Of a DNA stretch of 64,000 nt, positions 17,577-27,064 are shown one piece after another. Origin of the DNA: Planctomycetota bacterium (lineage in GTDB: Bacteria > Planctomycetota > UBA11346); the NCBI GenBank assembly GCA_038231435.1, contig JBBRLJ010000020.1, forward strand, positions 1-64,000, written 5' to 3'. The translations under genes were made by a program, and so were the position numbers. The notes below the pieces were generated by a model, which was not told where the DNA came from, made no database searches, and saw only the letters and a program-made list of their open reading frames with translations. The stretch's first letter is position 1. Every line of letters begins with the position of its first letter.

Positions 17577-19160
17577 GTGCATTGGTTCTCCCATTCGGCG
17601 TTCCGCGGCGCGGACTGGATCGTGCTGGGGGCGTATTTCCTGGTCCTCGCCGCTGGCGGTCTGCTGGTGTCGCGGCGGGTGACGGATTCGCGCGCATACT
17701 TTGTCGGGCACCAGGACATGCCGTCCTGGGCGGTCGCCATCTCGGTCCTGGCCTCGGCGTTGTCGGTCGCGACCTATCTGGGCGCCCCCGAGTCGGCCTT
17801 CAAGGGCAACCTCACCTACCTGCTGTCCAATCTCGGCACCCTCCTCGCCGTGGTGGTGGTCGCGACATGGTTCGTCCCGGCATTCTACCGACAGCGCGTG
17901 GTGACCGTCTACGAGTTGGTCGGGAACGCCTTCGGCCCAGCCGCCAAGATGGCAGCAAGCTGGACCTTTCTGCTCGGGCGGACGCTGGCGAGCGGAGCCC
18001 GGCTGTTCATGGCGGCTATCCCGGCGGGACTCATCCTGCTCGGCCCAAGCGGCGCAGACTCGCTCGAACCCCTGATCATCGGCGTCGCCATCCTCACCGT
18101 GGTCGGCATCCTCTACACGCTGATGGGCGGCATCACCAGCATCATCTGGACGGACGTCGTGCAGTTCTCGGTGATGATCGTCGCCGTGGGCGCGGCCACC
18201 ATCCTGCTCTACTCACGCATCCCCTTGGACGCGGCCGGCATCATCCAGGCCCTCTCGACCGCAAATGTCGGCAACACTTCCAAGCTCCAACTGGTCGACT
18301 GGTCGTTCGATCCGAGCACGGTCAACACCGTGTTCACCGCCGTGAGCGGATACCTGCTGCTGAATCTCGCGGTGTACGGCACCGACCAGGATCTCGCCCA
18401 GCGCATGCTCACCTGCCGCAACGCCCTCTCCGGCGGCCGCTCGGCACTCATGGCGATCGCCCTGAACATCCCGGTGACGCTGCTGTTCATGGTGCTCGGC
18501 CTGCTGCTCTTCGTCTTCTACCGCATGCCTGGCGTCATGGGCGCGGCCGCCCCGGCCTACGACGTCCCCTCCAGCGAGCGCATCTTCACCACCTTCATCG
18601 TCCACGAGATGCCGCCCGGTATGTCCGGCCTGATGATGGCGGGCCTGTTCGCCATCGCCTTCACCAGCCTGCTCTCGGCGATCAACGCCATGGCCTCGGC
18701 CTTCATCAACGATTGCTATCGGCAGGTGCGGACCGGCGAGACCGACCAGCACTACCTGGCCGCGAGCCGTTGGGCGGTGGTCGGCTGCGGAGTGCTGCTC
18801 GGCCTGGTCGCGGTAGGCTGCATCTTCTGGCAGCGCGCTAGCGGACAGGGTCTGATCGACTTCGCGCTGAGCGTCATGACCATCCCCTACTCGGGACTGC
18901 TGGGCATCTTCCTGGCCGCACTGTTCACCCGCAGGGGCGGCCAGACCAGCGCGCTGGCGGCCCTGTCTACCGGCATCCTCGTCACGTCGTCGCTGCAGCC
19001 GATGATCTACAATCACTGGGCGCCGCTCCTGTCGCTGCCAGTGAAGTTGGCGTGGCCCTGGCACATGGTGGTGGGCACGACGTGCGCCTTCGCGGTGTGC
19101 TGCCTCGGCCCCCGTCGCGAGGCGGTTCCCGCACCCATTCCTGCAGAGCCAGCCGCATGA
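17577..19160 (+). CDS. Sodium:solute symporter
   Basis: YFVG..MPSWAVAIS, TVYE, YTLMGGI..IIWTDVVQ, GTDQDLAQRML, SAINAMAS; start placed at GTG 17577. Confidence 0.9.
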   Translation: MHWFSHSAFRGADWIVLGAYFLVLAAGGLLVSRRVTDSRAYFVGHQDMPSWAVAISVLASALSVATYLGAPESAFKGNLTYLLSNLGTLLAVVVVATWFVPAFYRQRVVTVYELVGNAFGPAAKMAASWTFLLGRTLASGARLFMAAIPAGLILLGPSGADSLEPLIIGVAILTVVGILYTLMGGITSIIWTDVVQFSVMIVAVGAATILLYSRIPLDAAGIIQALSTANVGNTSKLQLVDWSFDPSTVNTVFTAVSGYLLLNLAVYGTDQDLAQRMLTCRNALSGGRSALMAIALNIPVTLLFMVLGLLLFVFYRMPGVMGAAAPAYDVPSSERIFTTFIVHEMPPGMSGLMMAGLFAIAFTSLLSAINAMASAFINDCYRQVRTGETDQHYLAASRWAVVGCGVLLGLVAVGCIFWQRASGQGLIDFALSVMTIPYSGLLGIFLAALFTRRGGQTSALAALSTGILVTSSLQPMIYNHWAPLLSLPVKLAWPWHMVVGTTCAFAVCCLGPRREAVPAPIPAEPAA

Positions 19161-21004
19161 CCGATCTCTCGCAATTCCCACCACTGCTGCTGCCGAAGCC
19201 GAAGGCCCTGCTCATGCAGGGCGAGTGGCGCACGGCGCCGCAGGCCTTCGGCGTCCATGGTCATCCGGACTACAAGCAGGCGGTGCGCGCGGTGCTCGGT
19301 GACCGCGCCGGCAGCGACCAGGGCGACGTCGACGCCCAGATCGTCTGCGGCGTCGCCATCGAGCCATTGAAGAATCCCGAGGCCTACCGCCTGATCGTGC
19401 AGCCGACGCGCATCCTCATCGAGGCCGACGACGCGCGCGGCGCCGGCAACGGCGCGCGCACGCTGATGCAGCTGTTGGCGCAGTACGGCGAACGTCTGCC
19501 CTGCCTACGCGTCCAGGACCGGCCCGCCTTCGCGGTGCGCGGCGCGATGCTCGACATTTCACGCGATCGCGTGCCGACCATGGAGCACCTGCTCGCGACC
19601 ATCGATCTGCTCGCCTCGTGGAAGATCAACCACCTGCAGCTCTACACCGAGCACACCTTCGCCTACGCGGGCCATGAGGACGCGTGGCGCGGCTGGTCGC
19701 CGATCACCCCGGACGAGGCGCGCATCCTGGCCCAACGGTGTTCGGAGCGAGGCATCGAGCTGGCGGCGAACCAGAACTGCTTCGGACATCTGCACCGCTG
19801 GTTCGCGCATCCGCGCTATGCCCCGCTCGCCGAGATCCAGGGTGCGGATACCGAGTGGTCATTCGCGCAGTGGAAGAAGCGCGGCCCCTTCAGCCTCTGC
19901 CCCATCGATCCAGGTGCGCTGGAGCTGGTCGACGGCCTGCTAGGGCAACTCGCGCCGATCTATCCCTCGCCGCTGGTGAACATCGGCTGCGACGAGGCCT
20001 ATGACGTCGGACAGGGCCGTTCGCACGACGAAGTCGCGCGCCGCGGACGCGCGGCGGTGTATCTCGAATTCGTCGCCAAGGTCTGCGCCAGCGCGCGCCG
20101 TCACGGCAAGCGGCCGATGTTCTGGGCCGACATCGCGCTGCACCATCCCGAGGCGCTCGCCACCCTGCCCGACGACCTGATCGGCCTGGCCTGGGACTAC
20201 GAGCCCGACTCGCGCTTCAAGCTGTGGTGCGAGCAGCTGGCGAAATCATCCGACCCGCGCTCGCCGCGCGACGTCTGGGTATGCCCGGGCACCAGCTCGT
20301 GGCGCAGCATCACCGGCCGCGCCACCGAGCGCCAAGGCAACCTGCTCGCCGCCGCGCGCGACGGCGCGGCCGGCGGCGCGAGCGGATTCCTCGCCACCAA
20401 CTGGGGCGACGAGGGACATCGCCAGCAGTGGCCGATCGAGCTGCACGGACTCGCAGAGTCCGCGCACCGCGCCTGGTCGGGCGAAGCTCCCTTCGACGCG
20501 CGCGTCTCATCCTTGCACGCCTTCCGCGACCGTTCGCTCGCCCTCGGCCCGTGGCTCGACGAGCTCGGCGACGCTGACCGGCCGCTGCGCGAGATCGGCG
20601 GCGAGCCTGGACCGGATGGAGAGCGAAAGCCGCTGCGCAATGCCAGCGCGCTCTATGTCGATCTCCACAAGCGCTGGGACGAGCCCTGGATCGGCAGCGC
20701 CGAGGACTGGCAGGCGATCGACGAACGCCTGGCGGGCATGTTCGACCGCGCGCCGCTCGGACTCGATCCGCTGATCACCGCTGAGACCATGCACACCCTC
20801 GAGGAAGCCTCGAAGGCGGCGCGGCGCGCGGTGCTGCGCCGCCGGTCCCCTCAGGATCCATCCTGGCGCAAGCCGATGGCCCAGGGCATCCGCCACGTCG
20901 CTGACCGCCACCGCGAGTTGTGGCTGATGCGGTCGCGGCCCGGCGGGCTCGAGTCCAGCACCGCGCACTACCTGGCGATCATCGCCGACCTGGAACGCTC
21001 ATGA
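19157..21004 (+). CDS. Glycoside hydrolase family 20 (beta-N-acetylhexosaminidase-like)
   Basis: EAYRL, DRPAFAVRGAMLDISR, KINHLQLYTEH, FGH, NIGCDE catalytic pair, WADI; ATGA overlaps at both ends; no signal peptide. Confidence 0.9.
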   Translation: MTDLSQFPPLLLPKPKALLMQGEWRTAPQAFGVHGHPDYKQAVRAVLGDRAGSDQGDVDAQIVCGVAIEPLKNPEAYRLIVQPTRILIEADDARGAGNGARTLMQLLAQYGERLPCLRVQDRPAFAVRGAMLDISRDRVPTMEHLLATIDLLASWKINHLQLYTEHTFAYAGHEDAWRGWSPITPDEARILAQRCSERGIELAANQNCFGHLHRWFAHPRYAPLAEIQGADTEWSFAQWKKRGPFSLCPIDPGALELVDGLLGQLAPIYPSPLVNIGCDEAYDVGQGRSHDEVARRGRAAVYLEFVAKVCASARRHGKRPMFWADIALHHPEALATLPDDLIGLAWDYEPDSRFKLWCEQLAKSSDPRSPRDVWVCPGTSSWRSITGRATERQGNLLAAARDGAAGGASGFLATNWGDEGHRQQWPIELHGLAESAHRAWSGEAPFDARVSSLHAFRDRSLALGPWLDELGDADRPLREIGGEPGPDGERKPLRNASALYVDLHKRWDEPWIGSAEDWQAIDERLAGMFDRAPLGLDPLITAETMHTLEEASKAARRAVLRRRSPQDPSWRKPMAQGIRHVADRHRELWLMRSRPGGLESSTAHYLAIIADLERS

Positions 21005-22233
21005 AGATCCGCCTCGGGCGCCGTACTCCGCTGGACCCGAAACCAACGCGCAGGCCGGACGACGACCAGCGCCCAGCGCGAGGCAAGGAACCCGCGAAAG
21101 CAGCCAAGGGCGCGCAGCCGTCTTCAGTCAGGCGGGCCGAGCGCGATGAAAGCCGCGGACGTCTGGTGGTCGGATGCATGACCGGCACCTCGCTCGACGG
21201 CATCGACGTCGCGCTGGTGCGCCTGTTCGGGCAGGGCACCGCGATGCGCGCAGAGTTCGTCGCCGGCGCCAGCCGCGAGCTCGGCGCACTCGCGCCGGGG
21301 CTGCGCCGGCTCGCCGAGCAGCAGCCGATGGCCGCCGGCGAGATTGCCCGCCTGGCGCGTGACTTCTCGCTCCTGCACCTCGACGCGGTGCGCGATCTCG
21401 GCGCGCACCGCATCGACCTGGTGTCCGTACATGGGCAGACGGTGTTCCACGCGCCGCCCGTGAGCTGGCAGCTGTTCCAGCCGGCGCCGCTCGCGCACGG
21501 ACTCGGCGTGCCAGTGGTCTGCGACTTGCGCGCCGCGGATCTCGCCTGCGGCGGCCAGGGCGCGCCGATCACCCCGATCGCCGATCACGTGCTCTTCCGC
21601 CACGGCTCGGAGCGGCGCGCGGTGGTGAACCTGGGCGGCTTCTGCAACGTCACCGTGCTGCCCGGGGGCCACGACGCGACGCGCGTGGCGGGCGGCGACG
21701 TCTGCGCCTGCAACCAACTGCTCGACGGCGTGGCACGGCGCGCCCTGGGCACCGATTACGATCGCGACGGCGCTCGCGCCATGGGTGGCACGGCGGTGCC
21801 CAAGGCGGTCACCGCGCTCGCCACCATGCTCGAGCTGCAGGCGAAATCCGGACGCAGCCTCGGCACCGGCGACGAGCTCGGCGCCTGGCTGGACCGTCAC
21901 GGAGCCAACCTCCCTCCTGAGGATCTCGCGCGCAGCGCCTGCGCCGCCATCGCGCGCACCATCTCTCGCGCCATCGCCTCGCGCTGGGATGGCGTGCAGC
22001 GCCTGGTGCTCGCCGGTGGCGGCACCCATAACCGTGCCCTGGTTGACGAGCTCACCGGACGCGCAGGCGTACCGGTGGTGACCAGCGATCGCCTGGGCGT
22101 GCCTTCGTCGATGCGCGAGGCCGCGGCGATGGCGGTGCTCGGCGCGCTGTGCCAGGACCGTGTGGCGATCACCATCCCGGGGATCACCGGCGTCGAGCGG
22201 GCGCCGATCGCCGGCTCGTGGACGCTGCCGTAG
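21001..22233 (+). CDS. anmK: Anhydro-N-acetylmuramic acid kinase
   Basis: GCMTGTSLDGID, HGQTVFH, DLRAAD.A.GGQGAP, NLGGFCN, GGGTHN, EA.A.A; basic N-terminal extension. Confidence 0.93.
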   Translation: MKIRLGRRTPLDPKPTRRPDDDQRPARGKEPAKAAKGAQPSSVRRAERDESRGRLVVGCMTGTSLDGIDVALVRLFGQGTAMRAEFVAGASRELGALAPGLRRLAEQQPMAAGEIARLARDFSLLHLDAVRDLGAHRIDLVSVHGQTVFHAPPVSWQLFQPAPLAHGLGVPVVCDLRAADLACGGQGAPITPIADHVLFRHGSERRAVVNLGGFCNVTVLPGGHDATRVAGGDVCACNQLLDGVARRALGTDYDRDGARAMGGTAVPKAVTALATMLELQAKSGRSLGTGDELGAWLDRHGANLPPEDLARSACAAIARTISRAIASRWDGVQRLVLAGGGTHNRALVDELTGRAGVPVVTSDRLGVPSSMREAAAMAVLGALCQDRVAITIPGITGVERAPIAGSWTLP

Positions 22234-22367
22234 CCCACCGCCTGCTGGGAGCAGCTGCTCGGAACAGGCTTCTCGTGGCAACGTCCTCGGCAGATCTCTG
22301 GAGATATCCCGAGGGGGAGCAGCTCTCGTCGGCTGCTCTTTCCCAGCAATCCGCTAGTGTTCCGGCG

Positions 22368-23279
22368 ATGAGCCTGCCTCCAGACCGTTCCGCCATCCTG
22401 GCCGAGTCGCGCAATCCGCGCACCGCCGAACTCCACCGCCTGGATGTCGCCGCGCTGGTGCGCGTGATCCAGGAGGAGGACCGCGCGGTGGTCGCGGCCG
22501 TGGAAGCGGCCCGACCGTTCCTGACCGCGCTGATCAGCGCCGCCGAACCGGGGTTCGTCGCCGGAGGCCGCCTGATCTACGTCGGCGCGGGCACCTCGGG
22601 CCGGCTCGGCGTGCTCGATGCGTCCGAGGCTCCCCCCACCTTCCAAGTGCCGGTCGGACGCGTGGTGGGGATCATCGCTGGAGGCGAGGCCTCGCTCACC
22701 CGTTCGAGCGAGGGCCGCGAGGATGAAGCCGATGGCGCCACCGCAGCGCTCGACGCGCTCGTCTTAACCGCAAAGGACACCATCATCGGCATCGCGGCTG
22801 GCGGCACCACTCCGTACGTGCTTGGCGCGATCGCGCACGCGAAGCGTGTCGCGCCGATGTCCGTCACCGCGCTGATCACCTGCTCGCCCGTGCCCAAGCC
22901 GGCCGAGGCGGATCACCTGGTGCTGCTCGCCACCGGCCCCGAGGTGCTCACCGGCTCGACGCGCCTGAAGGCAGGCACCGCCACCAAGCTGGCGCTGAAC
23001 ACCATCTCGACCGCGTTGATGGTGCGAGCGGGCAAGGTCTACCAGAACCTGATGGTCGATGTGCGCGCTTCCAACGCCAAACTGCGCGACCGAGCCGCGC
23101 GCATCGTCGCCACCCTCACCGGGCTGGCGCGGCCGGAAGCGTTCGCGGCGCTCGAGCGCGCCGGCGGTTCAGTGAAGGTCGCGGTGGTGATGCAGCGGAC
23201 CTCATCCTCGCGCGAGCAAGCCGAGGCATCCCTCGTAGCCGCCAACGGCCGCCTCGACCTCGCCCTCGGCGAGACGTGA
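22368..23279 (+). CDS. murQ: N-acetylmuramic acid 6-phosphate etherase
   Basis: GGRLIYVGAGTSGRLGVLDASE.PPTF, GPEVLTGSTRLKAGTA, GKVYQNLMVDV..SNAKL. Confidence 0.96.
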   Translation: MSLPPDRSAILAESRNPRTAELHRLDVAALVRVIQEEDRAVVAAVEAARPFLTALISAAEPGFVAGGRLIYVGAGTSGRLGVLDASEAPPTFQVPVGRVVGIIAGGEASLTRSSEGREDEADGATAALDALVLTAKDTIIGIAAGGTTPYVLGAIAHAKRVAPMSVTALITCSPVPKPAEADHLVLLATGPEVLTGSTRLKAGTATKLALNTISTALMVRAGKVYQNLMVDVRASNAKLRDRAARIVATLTGLARPEAFAALERAGGSVKVAVVMQRTSSSREQAEASLVAANGRLDLALGET

Positions 23280-23340
23280 CAGCGGACCGTTAGAGTGCGG
23301 TATGCTGGGGCTCCCATACATTCCCGTCATTTCAAGGATT

Positions 23341-23467
23341 TGCGAAGCCCAGCATTCCCAAGTGATTTTTCCTGGGGGCAGCGCGGAGCGCGATGTTGGG
23401 GGATCGCGAAGCGATCTCGGATGCCCTTTGGGGCATCCGCCGCCCGAAGGGAGTAGCCCCCCAACTC
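23341..23467 (+). repeat. Multi-hairpin palindromic intergenic element rich in GNA triloops
   Basis: GCGC-GGA-GCGC, GATCGC-GAA-GCGATC, GGATGCCC-TTTG-GGGCATCC, CCC-GAA-GGG, closed by GTTGGGGG/CCCCCAAC. Confidence 0.7.
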
Positions 23468-24251
23468 AAAGCCGTCGCCCCCCAACCGACAGCTGCCGGC
23501 TGCGCCGGTAGGTTGCTGGCGACACCCCTCCATGGGCGGTGAATTGCTTGGTGAAGAACGAGACGTCGGCGTAGCCGAGCTGCTCGGCGATGTCCTTGAT
23601 GGCGAGATCCCCCTCGCCAAGCAGCGCGCGTGCACGCCCCAGGCGGCACGAGAGGGCGTGCGCGTGAAGCGCAGATCCAGTCGCTTGGCGGAAGCGCCGC
23701 CGCAGCGTGCTCACCGCCATGCCGGCATCGCGAGCGAGGCGCTCGATCGAGTAGCTTCCGCCATCGGCGATCGTGGTCAGCACGCGCTCGAGCCACGGCT
23801 CGCCACCGGCACTGGCGGCACGCTCGTCTGCCAGTGCGAGCAGCAGCCGTTCGAGCAGATTGATCGCGCGCCGGCGACCCCAGCGGTCCGGCCGAGCCTT
23901 GAGCTCGAGCAGGCGATCGAAATCCGTATCGAAGGCGCGGTCGCTCGGCGCCGCTTGCGGACCAGTGGGGAACAGGCCTTCGGCCACCCAGCGCGCCACC
24001 AGCGGCCCCTTCACCGCGACGTACCGGTGATCCCAGGCCGCGCAGCCGGGCGAGCGGTGGAAGCGGATCCACGGCCCAGGGAAGGCCGGCCAGCACCATC
24101 GGCCGCGCATGCGCGTGAGCTGCCGCTCATAGAACAGGTCGACGGCGCCTGCCGCCATGAACTGGAGCGTGAAGTACCCATCGAAGTGCTTGTCGACGCT
24201 GGCGGTGCACGCCGGCATGCGCATCCCATGCAGGAAGGCGAGATCTTCCAC
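23466..24251 (-). CDS. AraC-family transcriptional regulator
   Basis: C-terminal LA..AGM..STLRRRF and IKDIAEQLGYADVSFFTKQF..GVSP..YR HTH pair; GTG start. Confidence 0.92.
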   Translation of the reverse strand: MEDLAFLHGMRMPACTASVDKHFDGYFTLQFMAAGAVDLFYERQLTRMRGRWCWPAFPGPWIRFHRSPGCAAWDHRYVAVKGPLVARWVAEGLFPTGPQAAPSDRAFDTDFDRLLELKARPDRWGRRRAINLLERLLLALADERAASAGGEPWLERVLTTIADGGSYSIERLARDAGMAVSTLRRRFRQATGSALHAHALSCRLGRARALLGEGDLAIKDIAEQLGYADVSFFTKQFTAHGGVSPATYRRSRQLSVGGRRL

Positions 24252-24376
24252 GCGTGCTCCCGGTGATCAGAAAGTACCATAGAGGTTGGCTAAAGTCCAT
24301 CTCTGTGCCAACCACGCATGTCTATCCTGTGATCATCTACCACAAGTAGCGATAAAACAGCGCAGGAAGGCCCTCC

Positions 24377-25141
24377 ATGACCACTACCCACGCCGCGACC
24401 ACCGTATCGATCGTCGGATCGCTCAATGATGAGCAGATCGCATCCTACCACACCGTAGGCTATGTGCTGCTGCGCGGCCTCATCGACCCGGCCTCTGCGC
24501 AGGCCCTGCGCGACGAGGTGATGGGCATCATGGACGCCATCGGGCTTCCAATCACCAACCTCAAGCAGACCTCCGAGTATCTCGCCGGCGGCCAGCTCGA
24601 AGCGCTGATCTGGTCCAAGCGCATGGCGGAGATCGCCGGCCGCCTGCTGGGCGGGCGCGCGGTTCCCTACCTGCCGTTCACCGCGGTGAAGAGCCCCGGG
24701 GGCGGCAAGTTCAGCTTCCACCAGGACAATCAATACACCCGGCACGATGGGCCCTCGCTGAACATGTGGTGCGCCCTCGAACCGATGCGCGACACCAACG
24801 GCTGCCTGCGCATGCTGCCGCGCTCGCACCTCAACGGCACGCTCGCCTCGGTCGCGGCCGATGACGGTTCCGGACACCGTCGCGTCGTGATCGAGCCCGA
24901 GCGCTTCGTCCCAATCGAGATGGAACCCGGCGACTGTGTGGTGTTCTCACGCCTGACCGTCCATGGCTCAGGCGCCAACACCTCCGATACGCCACGCGTG
25001 GGCTACGCGGTGCAGTACCACCGCGAGGACGTGAAGGCGCTGTGGGACGACGGGTGGTTCCCGCTGATCGAACGTCCACGCTTCACCTTCGCACCGGTCG
25101 CCTCGATCAGCCGACCGAAAGGCAAGGTCGACGGACACTGA
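24377..25141 (+). CDS. Phytanoyl-CoA dioxygenase (PhyH) family Fe(II)/2OG oxygenase
   Basis: HQD..., W.AL...NGCL..LPRSH, PGD...HGSG.N.S..PR; AGGAAGG RBS. Confidence 0.9.
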   Translation: MTTTHAATTVSIVGSLNDEQIASYHTVGYVLLRGLIDPASAQALRDEVMGIMDAIGLPITNLKQTSEYLAGGQLEALIWSKRMAEIAGRLLGGRAVPYLPFTAVKSPGGGKFSFHQDNQYTRHDGPSLNMWCALEPMRDTNGCLRMLPRSHLNGTLASVAADDGSGHRRVVIEPERFVPIEMEPGDCVVFSRLTVHGSGANTSDTPRVGYAVQYHREDVKALWDDGWFPLIERPRFTFAPVASISRPKGKVDGH

Positions 25142-25202
25142 CGGGAACGGAACGACGAAACAGCCCGTCGTCCGTCGTCGACAGCCGGATTTCAAGGGCC
25201 CG

Positions 25203-25988
25203 TCAGCGCGCGATCGCGGGCGAGCGCAGCGGCCACACGCCGCGCTCGTCCATGCCCTCGACACGGTGTCCGTTACGGTCGATACAGGGATTCGGCGCGC
25301 AGTCGTAGTCGCAGATGATCGCCCAACGATCGCGGTCCGAAGTGTTGCGCCTCGACATGTGCAGGACCAGGGAGTGGAAGATCAGCAGCCCGCCACGCCG
25401 CACCGGCACCGGGATCGCGCGCGTGAGGTCGATGCGCGATTCGGGGACCTGCAACTCGGCTTGGACGTGCGGGATCAGGCCGAGACCGTGCGAGCCGGGG
25501 ATCGCCCATACGCAGCCGTTCTCCTCGGTGGCGTCGTGGATGGCGATCCAGACGGTGATCTGTCGTGGCAGGTAGTTCTGCCAGTAGGCCGCGTCCTGGT
25601 GCCAGGGCTTGGGGGAGCCGCCGCGGGCGCCCTTGAAGAACACCTTCGACGAGTGGTAGTAGAGCTCGGGTCCCATCAAGTCCTCCATGCAGTCAAGCAT
25701 CGGCTCGCCGGTGAAGACCTCGCGCAGCTCGGGCACCTCGAAGACCGCGCCCTGGATCTTGCGCATCATTCCCGGACGACGCGGCGCCGAGGCGGAATCG
25801 AAGGGATCCGTGCCGGTCTTCTCCAGGTTGAACCCGCCGCGGTCGCGGTCGATGACGCCGCTGGCGGCACAGGCGCGAGCGATGCCGCTCTCGACCGCGG
25901 CGACCCGCCGCTCATCGAGAAAGCCGTCGACGACCAGGAATCCGTCCTGCTGGAAGCGCGCATGGCGTTCGGGAGAAAGGTATTTCAT
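25203..25988 (-). CDS. Phytanoyl-CoA dioxygenase (PhyH) family Fe(II)/2OG oxygenase
   Basis: F.QDGFL, KPWHQD, WIAI.DAT.ENGC..IPGSH, HSLVLH.S..N.S..DR; start at 25988 or 26000. Confidence 0.9.
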   Translation of the reverse strand: MKYLSPERHARFQQDGFLVVDGFLDERRVAAVESGIARACAASGVIDRDRGGFNLEKTGTDPFDSASAPRRPGMMRKIQGAVFEVPELREVFTGEPMLDCMEDLMGPELYYHSSKVFFKGARGGSPKPWHQDAAYWQNYLPRQITVWIAIHDATEENGCVWAIPGSHGLGLIPHVQAELQVPESRIDLTRAIPVPVRRGGLLIFHSLVLHMSRRNTSDRDRWAIICDYDCAPNPCIDRNGHRVEGMDERGVWPLRSPAIAR

Positions 25989-26090
25989 GACCTCTAGCAT
26001 GGTCAGATACCGTGCCCCACCACTGGAACAATCGGTTGGCATGCTGCTTTTTTCGATCACCGATGGCCCGTCCAGCTGGTATCCTGCGGC

Positions 26091-27017
26091 ATGCCTGGAT
26101 CCCCTCCCCCAGCTCCGCCGACCCATCTGCCGCATTCCGGCCCGCAGTCAGCGATCACCACCGCCTGGGACCCCTATCCGGAGGCCGATCTGGGAGTGTG
26201 GGCGCCCCTGATCGATCGGCTCGAGATCTCGCACGTCACGGCCATCGAGCACGTCTGCACGCCGGCGTGGCGTATCCCGCCACGCTCCATCGCCGACGAC
26301 ATGTTCTTCCATCTCCTCGCCGGCCGGGGGACCATGACCGTCGATGGTCGACGCACCCGCATCCAGGCCGGGGATCTCGTGCACTGGCGGCGCGGCATCG
26401 TGCACGCGGCCGAGCACGATCCCGGGCAACCCATCACCGTGGTGGCATTGCACTACACCGCCACCGTCGAGGGCGGCGCCCAGCTACACGAGCTGCTGGG
26501 ATTTCCGGATCGCTTTCCACTTGGCCAGGGCCATCCACTCGAGGTCGTGAGCCGGGAAGCGGCGCGCGAGTACGCGCTGCGGCCCGTCGGTTGGCGGCGC
26601 GGGCTGGAAGCGACACTCGCGCGGCTGCTGCTGACCCTCGCCCGCGAGTGCTCGAACCGCCTGCGCCCAACGGCAGACGTCGCGCGGCTCGCCACCCTGC
26701 GACGCATCCTGCCCGGCGTGCAGGCGATGCGCGAGACCATGGCGAATCCCCTGTCGGTGCCGGCCTTGGCGCGGCGCTGCGGACTGTCCGAGGCGCAGTT
26801 CCGCCGCGTCTTCCGCGGCGCGCTCGGCTGCTCGCCGGTAGTGCACCTGCGGCGATTGCGCCTGGCGGAGGCCTGCCGCCTGCTGCGGCACGGCGACGCC
26901 ACCATCGAGCACATCGCGGGGATGGTGGGTTATTCCGAGACCGCGTACTTCGCCAACGCCTTCCGCGAGGCGATGGGCATGCCACCCGGGCGCTACCGCG
27001 CGCTTGCAGCGCTGTGA
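26091..27017 (+). CDS. AraC-family transcriptional regulator with cupin sensor domain
   Basis: G.GTMTVDG...AGD cupin; LARRCGLSEAQFRRVF, IEHIAGMVGYSETAYFANAF..MGMPPGRYR. Confidence 0.92.
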   Translation: MPGSPPPAPPTHLPHSGPQSAITTAWDPYPEADLGVWAPLIDRLEISHVTAIEHVCTPAWRIPPRSIADDMFFHLLAGRGTMTVDGRRTRIQAGDLVHWRRGIVHAAEHDPGQPITVVALHYTATVEGGAQLHELLGFPDRFPLGQGHPLEVVSREAAREYALRPVGWRRGLEATLARLLLTLARECSNRLRPTADVARLATLRRILPGVQAMRETMANPLSVPALARRCGLSEAQFRRVFRGALGCSPVVHLRRLRLAEACRLLRHGDATIEHIAGMVGYSETAYFANAFREAMGMPPGRYRALAAL

Positions 27018-27064
27018 TGGCGCCTGGTACACGAACGCTGCGGACTCAACGGACTCTACTGACT

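Noticed and set aside
22261..22310. SAM-I riboswitch-like words (GCAAC, GCAG..CTG.AGAT) or a glmS ribozyme
   Set aside because: The P1, kink-turn and pseudoknot elements are missing and the gene context does not fit SAM regulation.
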